Shown: piece by piece, positions 12,462 through 25,561 of the stretch
How positions within the stretch are numbered: the stretch's first letter is position 1
How the letters are laid out: each line of letters begins with the position of its first letter
Origin: Octopus vulgaris
Taxonomy: Eukaryota
DNA length: 64,000 bases
NCBI GenBank assembly: GCA_951406725.2
Contig: OX597822.1
Coordinates: 71,238,001-71,302,000 of the forward strand
Direction of reading: 5' to 3'
Made by a program: the position numbers and the translations under genes
Notes under the pieces: model-generated
Told to the model about the DNA's origin: nothing
The model's database searches: none
What the model saw: only the letters and a program-made list of their open reading frames with translations

Positions 12462-12534
12462 CATGTTTCTCTTTATAAATGTCCTAGAAATATCACATTG
12501 CCTTGGCCTTGTTATCTTATTTTATTTAATATAT

Positions 12535-12720
12535 AAAAAGCACCCACTACACTCATGGAGTGGTTGGCGTTAGGAAGAGCATCCAGCCGTAGAAACATTG
12601 CCCGATCAGACTGGGCCTGGTGCAGCCTTCTGGCTTCCCAGACCCCAGTTTAACCGTCCAACCCATGCCAGCATGGAAAGCAGACGCTAAACGATGATGA
12701 TGATGATGATGATGATGATG
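12535..12720 (+). mobile_element. 3' end of an RTE-type LINE with (GAT)n tail
   Basis: Matches the 36120-36287 terminus of the RTE element. Other tail fragments at about 5170-5230(-), 11720-11822(-), 19580-19805(+), 19850-20325(+), 38850-39070(+), 40615-40810(-). Confidence 0.8.
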
Positions 12721-12873
12721 CTGACACATGACCCGCCTTAGACTCCTCACTCATACTATTATTGAACTGGGAGTTTAACACCAGTTCTTCCATTGCACTT
12801 ACAAAGTCTTACCTGCCTTTTGGGTCTTCTGGACACCAAAACCTCTCATACTATATATATATATATATATATA

Positions 12874-13092
12874 CAGAGTTGGCCAGAAGTCACCTGACAG
12901 TAAATCAAAATTCCATAAATACCATCTGTAATTCTGTATTGATTCAAATGAGAAAATGTGTCACTCAAGAAGGACTTCAGTTTAAACAGTTTTCATGAGG
13001 TTTCATATTTTGTTGCTTTTATTCAATCCATTCAGCTGATAAACATAAATAAATCTTGGAATTATATGTCAGGTAACTTTTGGCCAACCCTG
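12874..13092. mobile_element. Tc1/mariner-type MITE
   Basis: TA|cagagttggccagaagtcacctgaca ... tgtcaggtaacttttggccaaccctg|TA terminal inverted repeats. Confidence 0.85.
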
Positions 13093-13121
13093 TATACACA
13101 CACACATATGCACATGTATAT

Positions 13122-13214
<93 letters not shown>

Positions 13215-13222
13215 AAAACTAG

Positions 13223-13272
13223 CAAAATCTGTCCGATGAACGGCAATGTGAAACTCAGAGTAACAGGTTTTG
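13223..13272 (+). ncRNA. Type-I hammerhead ribozyme motif (family A) between (TA)n tracts
   Basis: caaaatctgt CCGATGA acg-gcaa-tgt GAAA ctcagag TA acaggttttg; 10-bp stem I, U4C core variant, GUA site. Confidence 0.7.
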
Positions 13273-13435
13273 TTGAATTTTCTGCTGCTTTAAATAAAGT
13301 ATATATATACACATATATATATATACATATATACATACATACATATATATATATATATAAATATCTATATATACATACATACATACATACATACATACAT
13401 ACATACATACATACATACATACATACATACATACA

Positions 13436-13471
<36 letters not shown>

Positions 13472-14901
13472 TATATATACTCACAGATACATTTTTTTGT
13501 TGGATATACAAGGGTACTTGATATAGATTTACAGTAGCATTGTTTAGGGTGCAATGCATGTGTACGTTTATGATGTATCTGATATATTAAGTGTATATAT
13601 ATAAAAGCTTCAGGCAGCTCCTCAGCATTTTTCAACAGATATGATGTAATCATCTTCATGTGAACACTCGATCAATAAACAACGGCAACGGTGGAGTGGT
13701 TATGACTTGTGTTTAAACTGTTTGACATGCTTGCCAAAATATGGCAAGCATGTCAAGAGATTCTTTGAAATTTATCAGTAGGTATTTAAAAATGTATTGC
13801 TAGGGAAAAATAAAGATTTCTATTAGCTGGTTTATAATTGGAAAATGATGGATGATATAGAATATTACCAGAAGGCTTCAAACAATTCTTTCTGTCATTT
13901 CTAAATGGTGTCACATAATTTATATCTTTGAGTCTCATCTCTTTTTTTTTTTTCCAGGTAAACAATTGAGAATGTAATGCCATACACCATAGAGTGGTTA
14001 CAGAATGAGCTTTTTAAATTGGTTGCTGGGATGAATTTAATGATGTGCAGGAAAATAGATCATTGGAAAAAAGAACTGCATCCAGATCAAAAGAAATGCA
14101 AAAACAAACAACAATAAAAGAAACAAAAAAAAAAAGGGTTTGGTGAATAAGAGCTCACATCATTATCATCATCATCGTCATTGTCGTCATCACCCTTGTC
14201 ATTGTCGTCATCATTGTCATTGTCATCACCATTGCCTTTGTCATCACCATCACCATTGTCATTGTAATTGCAGTTGTTGTAATTAGCCTCCAACACCTCC
14301 TCCTCTTCAACCCCTCCTCCTCCTCCACCCCTGCTCTGCCCCTCCTCCATCTCCTCCACCTTCTCCCCTCCTCTACCATCTCCTGCACCCACTCCTCCCC
14401 TTCATCCCCCGCCCCTTCACCCCCCTCATCGTCGTCGTCGTTGTCATCATCGTCGTCGTTGTCATCATCGTCATTGTCGTCATCACCATCATTATTGTTT
14501 TAATGTCGCCTTTTCCGTGCTTGTATGGATCAGATGGAATTTGTTAAAGCAGATTTTCGATGGCCGGACGCCTTTCTTGATGCCATACTTCACCTGTTTC
14601 CAAGCTATGTAATGTTTCCCCCTGGCCAGACTTGTTTTCTTGAAATATTGGTAAAGAAGGACACTGCTTGTATAACAGTGATGCTTATTTACAACTATAG
14701 TATGAAGTCAAGACAAAGAGACACAAACACCCACACACAATTGTATTGGTCTATTTTGCTGAACCACTAAGTTACGGGGGAAGTAAACACACCAGCATTG
14801 GTTGTCAAGCAACGTTGGGGGGACAAACACAAAAACACCAACATATACACACATACATACATACATACATACATACATACATACATACATACATACATAC
14901 A

Positions 14902-14972
<71 letters not shown>

Positions 14973-15443
14973 ATATATATGTATATATAGGCTTTGGTCA
15001 GCCCAAGGCTATAGTAGAAGATACTTGCCCAAGGTGCCATGCAGTGGGACTGAACCCGGAACTGTGTGATCAGAAAACAAGCTACTTACCACACAGCCAC
15101 TCATGTGCCTATATACACAACATTGACATATACACACACACACTTACACACATACACATGACATACACATACACACACACACACACACATGTTCATATAT
15201 GATAAGCTTCCTTTTAAGTTTCCTCTACCAAAACCACTGACATAATTTTAGTCAACTTGGTGCTTTAGTAGAAGACACAAACCCAAGGTACTACAGAGTG
15301 GGATTGAACCAGAAACCATTTCGTTCAGAAGCTGACACTTTAACTATCATACAGCCATACACATACAGTGGCCATCCAATAGGAAATAAAAACAAAACGC
15401 CAACCCCCACCCCAAAATGTGTTTTGGGAAGAAGAGAAAAGTA

Positions 15444-15843
15444 TCAATATACATTTCTAATAGTTTGCCATGGTAGATGTAACAGGTTTTACTTAAAGGA
15501 CACACGTTTCACTTCTCCTTCCAAAGACATTTATATCCTTCTCTCTTCCCGTCAAAACAGAACATCACAGTCCAAAATGTCAAATACATCCTCCTCTTTA
15601 TTTTATTCCTCACAGTGTAACACCAACAGTTTTATCCTTTCATTTAATTTGTTTCCAATATATGTCAATATATGTTTCTAGTAGTTTCTCATGGCAGACG
15701 TAACACATTTTACTCAAAGGACATACGTTTCACTTCTCCTTCCAAAGACATTTATATCTTCTCCCTTCCCGTCAAAACAGAACATCACAGTCCAAAATGT
15801 CAAATACATTCTCCTCTTTATTGTATTCCTCACAGTGTAACAC
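15444..15843. repeat. Diverged tandem duplication, period about 221 bp
   Basis: tcaatata..cgtttcacttctccttccaaagacatttatatc..cacagtgtaacac occurs at 15444 and 15665. Confidence 0.85.
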
Positions 15844-16791
15844 TAACCACTATATACTATGTACTTTTGTTCGCAGGTTTATCATTTCATTTCATTTGAT
15901 TCCAATACATTTTCACTGGATTGCTTATCGCGCTGACTCAGACATCTAATTCATCAGATTATGCTCAATTCAGATTACACAGGATCTGTTATGTAGATTC
16001 TTAAGACTTTTTACATAATGTTATTGGTAGAGTAATTTTGTTCTTCTTCTTATTGATGGTTCTGATTATATTATTCATGTTGAACATACAAATGTAACAC
16101 ATCTTTGATCATTTGTTTTATATTAAATACTTGTGTTGATATTGGCGGCCAAAACTCAATGATTTCCTTCTTTTTGGTGCATTCCTAGTGAATACTTTAA
16201 GTATTGGAGTGGGTACTATATAGCTTTTATTTACAATGATTAAATATCTGTGCCATATTCTTTGTTGTACAACATTGAATCGACTGCGAGTTGCCTTATT
16301 TCAAGTTTGTTGGTGTGCGTGTGTGGCAAATCTATTTTAGACAGAAACAGACAAATATAATTTATATTCCTTCTAATGTATACAGAAAATCGTACATACA
16401 GATACATATATGCATATAAAATGACTGTATTTTCTATTATTTAAAATAGATATAATTCTTATGTGAGTGTGAGTGTATACTTACATACATATATAGATTT
16501 ATATATACATACATGTCTATAAATATTTATATATATGTATGTAAAAGCATACATTTATATATATAGATATATATAAATGTATATATATACGGACACATGT
16601 TTATATTTATAAATAAATTTACATATATGTACAAATATATGTATTTATGTGCGCCTGTGTGTGTTTATACACACACATATATGTGTGTGTGTATATATAC
16701 ATATATTTGTATGTATGTATATTTATATATACATAAATATTTATACATATGTGTGTGTGTAAAAAAATACAGAGATATCATAGTGCATACA

Positions 16792-16860
<69 letters not shown>

Positions 16861-16994
16861 TGTGTGTGTGTGTTTGTATATGTTTATTAAAGTTCTGAAT
16901 ATATAAAACTATTTTTTTTTAAAGTTTTCACCAATAACAGATAACATCTCCTGAAAAATTCATAAAGTCCATTGATAGACAATAACAACACACA

Positions 16995-17039
<45 letters not shown>

Positions 17040-17796
17040 GGTTTTTTTTTCTTCTCCCCATTCTTTCTTTAGCAGTTTTGATGTTTTATTGTCATTTTTA
17101 TATCGTGTGATTTTTTTTTATTCACCTTCTCTTTTCTGTCCTGTTTTTGGATAGACACAAGAATTAATGATTTTGAGGAGAAAAATATTTTTATTTCTGA
17201 AATCTGGTTATTTCATCCATACTGGTGATCGTTGTACTGCTTTGATTATATTCCATTCCTCTTTTGATATATATTCAACTCTGTATGAATATGTTATATG
17301 TTTCATGCATGCGTGCACCCCCCCCCCCCCACATATGTGAATATATATATATATGTATGTGTGTGTGTATGTCTGCATGTGATCTTTCCATCCATTCTTC
17401 AAAGTGAGGATGTGTTGTTTTTTTGTTTTGGTATTCTTTGCAAATATTGTTTTTATTTCCACATTGATGGTGTAGATGATTTCATTCACGACAGGATACT
17501 GTTCTTCCCTATGAAGCACCTCAGCTATAATGTAGTAATGGAACCTGCTGTCAGCCAGACAAGCTGAGGCAAAGAGGATTGCATGATTTTAAGAGTAAAC
17601 ATGCTTAATAAATCAAACACAGTTTATTAGTTTTGGCAGAGATTCCTGCTGAGGTGAATATACAATGACTAAAGACATTTTCATAAGGGACAAGTCAACA
17701 ATCATTTCCTTCGTCCTCACAGATTTATATGTAATGCACATTTATGCAAGATATTACAGGTTTAGTAATACAAACAGGAAAATAGAACTCAAAATA

Positions 17797-18022
17797 CTGG
17801 GTTGATGCATAATTATTGCGGCGTTTTTCAACAAATTTTATTCAACAAAACCTTTAAATGATTATTGTGGAGCATATTCACCATCTACTTCAATTACTTC
17901 TTCCCATTTTGCTTGGTACATGGTCAGACTTTCATTTAAAGATGCTTTTGTTAAATATTGTTATTGTTTTTGTTGATTAAAATTTGTTGAAGAAAAGCTG
18001 TAATAATTATGCACCAACCCAA
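17797..18022. mobile_element. Mariner-derived MITE
   Basis: TA|ctgggttgatgcataattattgcgg ... ctgtaataattatgcaccaacccaa|TA; minus strand retains a mariner C-terminal remnant (W-EEVIEVDGEY). Confidence 0.8.
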
Positions 18023-18101
18023 TACACACACACACACACACATAAGCAAAAATAAATCTCTGAGCAAGGTCATCAGCGTGTGACAATCAACCTGTGATTG
18101 T

Positions 18102-18146
18102 CACATGGTGATGACGGGTCAATACCCAGAAACTTGAGTCCGAGTG
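18102..18146 (+). ncRNA. Hammerhead motif (family D), C3 mutated in this copy
   Basis: cacatg GTGATGA c ggg-tcaata-ccc a GAAA cttgag TC cgagtg; the adjacent inverted arm (18069-18088) preserves cacacgCTGATGAc. Confidence 0.6.
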
Positions 18147-18312
18147 TATCATGTCAGGTACGAGATGGGAAGGATGGCTTCCCTTTGCAAATACTGATAG
18201 GGCACAGATAGTGTGTCAATAGCCAGCTGGAAGAGGTGTCCTCCTGGAGCTTCAAGCTACAGTAGCATCCACCCTTAAGGGTTAGCCACATTTAAGTGGC
18301 AAATATACTTCA

Positions 18313-18358
<46 letters not shown>

Positions 18359-18917
18359 TTATTATTAATTGCTCAAAATTACAGTGATTCATGAGATGAG
18401 AGTTTCATGCCAATGTAAAAAATTCTCAGTCTTCAAGTCACTGTAAAATTTCTGTTGATTAATAACATAAAAATGTAAGATATTCTTTTATCCTTTTATT
18501 TGTTTCAGTCATTTGACTGTGGCCATGCTGGGGCACCACGTTTAGTTGAGCAAATCGACCCCATGACTTATTCTTTGTAAGTCTAGTACTTATTCTATTG
18601 GTCTCTTTTGCCGAACCGCTAAGTTATAGGGACATAAACACACCAGCATTGGTTGTCAAGTGATGGTGGGGGGACAAACACAGACACACAAACACACACA
18701 CACGCACACACACACTTACACACACACATATATATATATAAATATATATACATATATGATAGGCTTCTTTCAGTTTCCGTTTACCAAATCCACTCACAAG
18801 GCTTTGGTCAGTTCGAGGCTAAAGTAGAAGACACTTGCCTAAGATGCCCTGCAGTGGGACTGAACTCTGAACTATGTGTCTGGGAAGCAATCTACTTGCC
18901 ACACAGCCACTCCTGCA

Positions 18918-18973
<56 letters not shown>

Positions 18974-19053
18974 TATATACATACATACAACGCCATGATG
19001 GACCGTTAGCTCCTACACGCATTTTTTTTCTCTCCTTGTTTCTTTACTGTGTA

Positions 19054-19091
19054 TCTTTCTGTCGAAGAGCGTAGGCTCGAAACATAAAAGA
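19054..19091 (+). ncRNA. Hammerhead-like motif (family C, CUGUCGA core variant)
   Basis: tcttt CTGTCGA a gagc-gtag-gctc GAAA ca TA aaaga; decayed relatives at 11512-11546, 11915-11951 and 36395-36425. Confidence 0.55.
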
Positions 19092-19162
19092 CTTGTTCTA
19101 TTTCTATTCCTGAGCACCATAGTAATACATTCGTCTTTAGTTTATTTTCATAAACCTTCCTG

Positions 19163-19214
<52 letters not shown>

Positions 19215-19311
19215 GTATATATAAGTATATACATATATATATATAGATATATACATATATATGTATGTATATATATACATATATATGTATGTATGTATGT
19301 ATGTATATATG

Positions 19312-19361
<50 letters not shown>

Positions 19362-20323
19362 CACACATATATGTATGTATGTATATATACATATGTATAC
19401 ACACACACACACAGATAAATATATGTATGTATATGTATATGTAATTATAAGATCCAAGGATCTGAGTGTAGGAAGTTTGTAAGTTTTGAGCAATCTGCTA
19501 TATGCAAGAGGACCGTAGTATGTGGTGCATTGCTACACTCAAGAAGGACTACTCACCACAACAGAATTGATATTCAAGACCAAAGTGCCATGTAGAAAAA
19601 GCATTGGTGTGGGTGTTGGTGCCACATAAAAAGCATTCAGTACACATTGTAAAATGGTTGGCATTAGGAAGGGCATCCAGCTGTAGAAACCATGTCAAAA
19701 CAAACTAATGGAATCTGGAGTGGCCCCTATTCTTGTCAGTTGCAGTCAAGCCATCCAACCCATGCCAGCATGGTAAACGGACATTAAATGATGATGATGA
19801 TGATATTGACAATGTGACAAAGTCAACTCACAGCAAAACTGTCGACAGTTTTGCTGTGACCGAGACCTTTGGCAATATACTGTGCTTGAGAAGACCTGTC
19901 AAGCCAAGTGAAATCGCAGCTGTGGCCAATGCTGGTGTCACTTAACTGGCACTTGTGCTGGTGGCACGTTAAAAGCACCTTTCGAGTGGTAAGTCTCATG
20001 GAGGTAAGGTGGCATGTAAAAGACATCTTTTGTGTGTTGGATCTCACGGAGGCAATAACAAATGACCGAGACCTTTGGCATTACGCCGCATTTGAGAAGG
20101 AGACCAATCAAGTCAAGTGAAATCGTAGTCATGGCAGATACTGGTGTCATGCAAATGGCACCCATATTAGTGGCACATAAAAGTACCCATTACACTCTTG
20201 GAAACCATAGAAATCATGCCAAATCAGACTAGAGTCTGCTACAGCCTTCCAGCTTACCACACCCGGTCAAACTGTCCAACCCATGCCAGCATGCACAACG
20301 GACTATAAATGCTGCTGCTGCTG

Positions 20324-20411
<88 letters not shown>

Positions 20412-21091
20412 ATGGGCTTCTTTCAGTTTCTGTCCACCAAATCCACTCACAAGGCTTTGGTTGGCCCAAAGCTATAGGAAAAGACACTTGCCCAAAGTAC
20501 CATACAGTGGAACTGGACCCAGAATTATATAGTTGGGAAGCAAGCTTCTTACCACACTGCCATTTCTGCACAATTTCCATTATTTATGAAATTTCCTGCA
20601 GAAAGACTGGCCAGTCAAACTTATCATAAGAAATGCTTGGTGAAATGCTATGCACACATGCACATGCACACACACACATACACTCACTCTGATACATTCA
20701 ACTACTGTATTTTATTTAATTTTAAATCTTTTGTCACACATTTAATCATTGCTTAATATGCCAGAATCTTCAATGTAAGCCTTAAGTATTTCTCTACGTC
20801 TACAATGGAAATATTTACAATGCTGAGAAGCAGCTGGATTTAAGAACAATATTTTCAACCAACATTGTAATGGAATTTGGCAAATGGAAATGTTTATAAT
20901 TGATAACTGAATGTGTGAAAACTGCTCCCAAAATCCTTTATATAAATTGCTTCCCTATCTCCTGTGTTTCGCATAATTAATGTTACAAATACCTTGATAT
21001 TCATGGCATAATATCATACGTACAAAAGTATTGAGATCAAAGAAAGATAGTGTGACCAAAATAATATTATGTAATTGAACATAAATGTCAC

Positions 21092-21392
21092 CATTTTCAA
21101 GCCTAGCCAGGCTCACGGGCCTGGTTTTCTGGTTTCTGTGGCATATGTGTTCCTCCCAGCTGGACAGGACACCAGCCCATCACAGCATTACTCAAGAAAC
21201 AGGAAGAGAGAGTGAGAGAAAGTTGTGGCAAAAGAGTACACCAGGGGTCGCCACCACTCCCTGCTGGAGCCTCGTGGAGCTTTTAGGTGTTTTCACTCAA
21301 TAAATATACTCAACGCCCAGTCTGGGAATCGAAACCGTGATCCTCCGACCATGAGTCCGTTGCCCTAACCACTGGACCATTGCGCCTCCACA
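21092..21392 (-). mobile_element. tRNA-derived SINE family 3
   Basis: Reverse-complement head ggaggcgcaatggtccagtggttaggg..gtttcgattcccag (A and B boxes); relatives at 29820-30190(-), 50017-50322(+), 62448-62770(-) and about 45660-45940. Confidence 0.8.
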
Positions 21393-22231
21393 AAATAATA
21401 TTACACTAGACTTCAAAAAAAGAATATGACATTTCGATCTTTCCTCCAGTTATTTACAATGCCAGAACTCAGAACTTGTACCAACATTTTGAATAGTTTA
21501 ATGGTCTGTAAACAAAATCAGCTTCATAGCTTAAAAACTGAATGGTTTTAATAAAAACTAGAAGAAGCTTTCACAGAAATATAGATATATTTGGTGCTGC
21601 AATGAAAATAGTTACTGTTATTAAACGACACATCTCTCAGACCCAGGATGAAAGAATGGATTCATTAGTTATGGTTTTCATTAAATTCTCATCAGTATTC
21701 ACTAACTTTTTCCGAACTGTTGACAAAGTGCAGTGATATTGGATATTGAAAATATGAGCAAGATGAAGGCAAAGCTAATGGCATTTATACATCATTTCAA
21801 AGTTAATTGTGTATACAAGAATTAAATGGAGCACTGGCAGTAGAAGTTTGAAGGACGTAGACATCTTTAATCTGAAGAGAGACAGAAAAATCGATAAGAA
21901 CAACACTGGAATATATGGTAGGGGAAAAAAAAATGTACGAGGAGGTGCTGGAAAGTTCCTGGCTTTGGATAAAAGAAAATACAGGAGGATCTTGATTCAC
22001 GAGCACATGATTCCAAGGTGTGGCACCTTGGGCAAGTATCTTCTACTATAGCCTCAGGCCAACAAAAGCCTTATGAGTGGATTTGGCAGACAGAAACTGA
22101 AAGAAACCTGTTGCGTATATATATATATATATATGTATGTATAATAAAATATTAGGGAATAAATCCAAACTTACAGGGAAAAATCAGATTTAGGATTAAA
22201 TCCAATTTTATAGTATAAATATATTATATTA

Positions 22232-22468
22232 TATTATATTAAATTAGAGATAAAACCACTATTAGGCAAATCAAACAATGAAAAACATAAGCCAATACAT
22301 AAAATTATTAATTTATATTATTTTAAATATATATCAAAAGTATTAAAAGTTTTTAATACTTTTGATATATATTTAGAATAATATAAATTAATAATTTTAT
22401 GTATTGGCTTATGTTTTTCATTGTTTGATTTGCCTAATAGTGGTTTTATCTCTAATTTAATATAATAT
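22232..22468. repeat. Near-perfect AT-rich palindrome (arms about 115 bp, almost no spacer)
   Basis: Symmetric about 22349-22350 (tattaaaagtttttaata); aaattagagataaaaccactattaggcaaatc versus gatttgcctaatagtggttttatctctaattt. Confidence 0.9.
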
Positions 22469-22515
22469 ATATATATATATATACAAAATGAGAAAATGGA
22501 GAAACATACTTAAAT

Positions 22516-22573
<58 letters not shown>

Positions 22574-22805
22574 GTATATATGTATGTATATGTATATAAA
22601 TTAGAGAAGAACTACCATGTAGCAATTCAACAATGATATACTTAAATCATACCATATAGAAAAAAATTAAAGATACGATAAAACATTTACCTAGAACTAA
22701 ATTAAGTATGAAATAATAAATAAATAATATATTATATATTGTGAAATTTGATTTAGTATTATTAAATTCAAGTTTTTCCTGTAAGTTTGGAATCATATTC
22801 CCTAA

Positions 22806-22867
<62 letters not shown>

Positions 22868-23796
22868 ACGGGAAGCTTTATGAAAATAAACAAAAGACGA
22901 AGGCAGGTGGAAAACAAACGAACAATTGTATTAGTATATATATATATATATATATATGTATATTTGGATTCGTTCTCAGTCGAAAGACACCTGTTGTTAT
23001 TTTCTTGTTTGTATTAGTAATTGTATACCATGTTCTCCGTTTGTTTGTCTTTGTTGCCGTACACATTTGCTAGCTTTCTTACAAAGGGATCTAATGCTCT
23101 TAGCTTAAACTTTTCGGGAGGCAACCAGATCGAACTGTCTCAAGTGTAACTGTCCGAAATGGTCATGACTTCTGGTACTTGACTGAGGAAAGAAGGCCAC
23201 AAATGACCTGTCTTTTTTTACCTATCCTTCTAGTTGTTGTTTCTCATGTCCGCCTTTGTATCATCTATCTGTCTGAATGTTTTATTGTCCTCTATTGTGT
23301 TTTGTTCCATTTCTATATTTATATATACATAAAGTGGCGTACGTACACACTTGCGCTCACCTTATAATAAGGTATGTATCTAAATTTTGTTTGACTCTTA
23401 CTCTATATTTTAGTCCCCTTCTTACTTTCTTCCTTTTTCATTTTCTCACTCCCCCTCTCTCTCACATTTCTTGGCCCTCTCTTTCTTTAACTCCCACTAT
23501 TTCCCACTTGTTTATCTCCCCTGTACTTTTCTCTTTGTCTGATATTTTTCTAATCCTTCAATCCTGCTGCCCCCTACCCTTCTCTCCTCCTTCCACATGA
23601 CTAATGTCCGACCAGCCATGATCTTTCTTTCTTGGCCTGACTGTTCCTGCCTTTAGGCTTTCACTTCATACATGCCAGCTCAATTGGATTCGTTCTCAGT
23701 TGAAAGAAGACTATGAATGACCTGTCTTTTTTTGCCTGTTCTTCTAATTGTTGTTTCTCTTGTCTTCTATTGCGTTTTTGTTTACATTTATATATA

Positions 23797-24290
23797 TATT
23801 GGCAAAGACTCAAAACCTTGAAGATGTACTCAATAGAAAGAAGATTTGAGCGATACCGAATTATATACATTTGGAAAATGATAGAGCAAAAGGTGCCAAA
23901 CTTTTGGTATCAAAACCTACCACTCACTGCGCCACGGAAGACGCTGCCAGCTACCACCAATCAACAAAAAGGCTGGCCAGGCAGCAAAAACCCTGCGAGA
24001 GTCAAGTCTGTTGGTTCGAGGAGCACAACTATTCAACTCTATTCCGGTACATGTCAGAAATCTATCAGGATGCAGTGTGGAATCATTCAAATTGCAGCTG
24101 GATAGATACTTAAGCACCATTAGAGATGAACCCCATCTCCCAGGATATACACAACGAGCACAAACTGACTCAAACTCGCTCCTACACATGTCAAAATTAA
24201 ACAGAGAATACAACCTGGCAACCACACCAGACTCTGAGGGTGGAGTCTTCGACTTGGCCTGAGCATGGACTCAAACTCAAATGAAATGAT
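23797..24290 (+). mobile_element. 5'-truncated CR1-group LINE 3' end
   Basis: YWQRLKTLKMYSIERRFERYRIIYIWKMIE, then after a frameshift GAQLFNSIPVHVRNL..SFKLQLDRYLSTIRDEP..SNSLLH, typical of the ORF2 C-terminus; short repeat tail. Confidence 0.8.
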
Positions 24291-24699
24291 ATATATATAT
24301 TAAATTCAAATTACGATGAACATAAACAAACTAACGAAATTTGCTTTAGAAGCTTTGAGATGTCTTAAAAAGTTAAAGAATTGATTTTAAATTTTCAAAC
24401 ACAGGATAATGCTAATAATATAGCCTGAACAGGATAAGCTAACCCTATTTTGCAGAAAAAAGTGTTGGCGACTGGCTTATATATATATATATAGTAATGC
24501 AATACGAGAGTATTGCTTTCCAGTAAAGAATAGCCCGTGAGGGAAAATTATAAATAGAAGTAAATATATGGTACAACGAATTTTCCAGTAAATATCGGTA
24601 CTTCGTTGTACCATATATTTACTTCTATATATATATATATATATATATATATCAGTTGAATAGTCTGGTTTTAACGCTTTTTATTATGGTACTTTAACA

Positions 24700-24737
24700 A
24701 AATTAGTGCTTTCATAGATAATGTACTCATCAGATTT
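24700..24737 (-). ncRNA. Minimal type-I hammerhead motif (family E) next to (TA)n
   Basis: Reverse complement: aaat CTGATGA gta-cattatc-tat GAAA gcac TA attt; stem III likely decayed from the palindrome gcgc. Confidence 0.6.
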
Positions 24738-25266
24738 CAAATGTGGTTTAACTGACAGTTGAGTTCTTAACAACTTTAGTACCTCTTAGAATGCTCCAAC
24801 CAGCTGAATTTTTAGAATACCTTTTTGATCAATCCTCCTGCTCACATCATGGTTTTCCAGGCGTATCGATATTCTGTAACTTGTTTGTGTTTATTAATCC
24901 ACATCATTAACTGGTTGTTATATTATTATATCTGCCTTAGCAAAGGTGGGGGTATTGTTTTCAGTTGTATTTGTTTGTTTGCTTGTTTGTCTCAAGAACC
25001 GTTTGATGGATTCAAATGAAACTTTCAGAGATGTTTGACCTTATTACTGGCATGAACTGATTAGATTTTGAGATCGATCCAGTACTGGACAAGGACTCTG
25101 GATTATTTTTTGTGTTTTTTGCTTAATTTTAGAGAGCAGTCAGGTTCCAGGTTCAGCTCCACTCTGTGACACCTTGGGCAAGTGTCCTCTACTATATCTT
25201 CAGACTGACCAAAGCCTTGTGGGTGGATTTGATAGATGTAAACTGAAAGAATTCTATTGTATATTA

Positions 25267-25311
<45 letters not shown>

Positions 25312-25561
25312 TTGTCACCCCACCCAACTTAGGAACTGGTGTTTGTGTGATATGTCCCTATAACTTAGCTGTTAAGCAAAAGAGAAACCAACAGAATAAG
25401 TACTAGACTTAAACAACCAACAAAATATATACATACACACAGACACACACATATATATATATAAAGTACAGGGTGTCAATGCATTCAACTAGAATTCTTC
25501 AAGGTGGTGCCTCAGCATGGTCACAGGATAAATGACTGAAACAAGCAAACAGTAATAGACA

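Noticed and set aside
13957-14117. Exon after the strong acceptor ttttttccag
   Set aside because: All three frames stop within a few codons; the later 46-aa ORF is unrecognisable.
21320-21392. tRNA gene (also SINE heads at 1935, 30120 and 50017)
   Set aside because: A/B boxes belong to SINE heads followed by SINE bodies; no complete cloverleaf.
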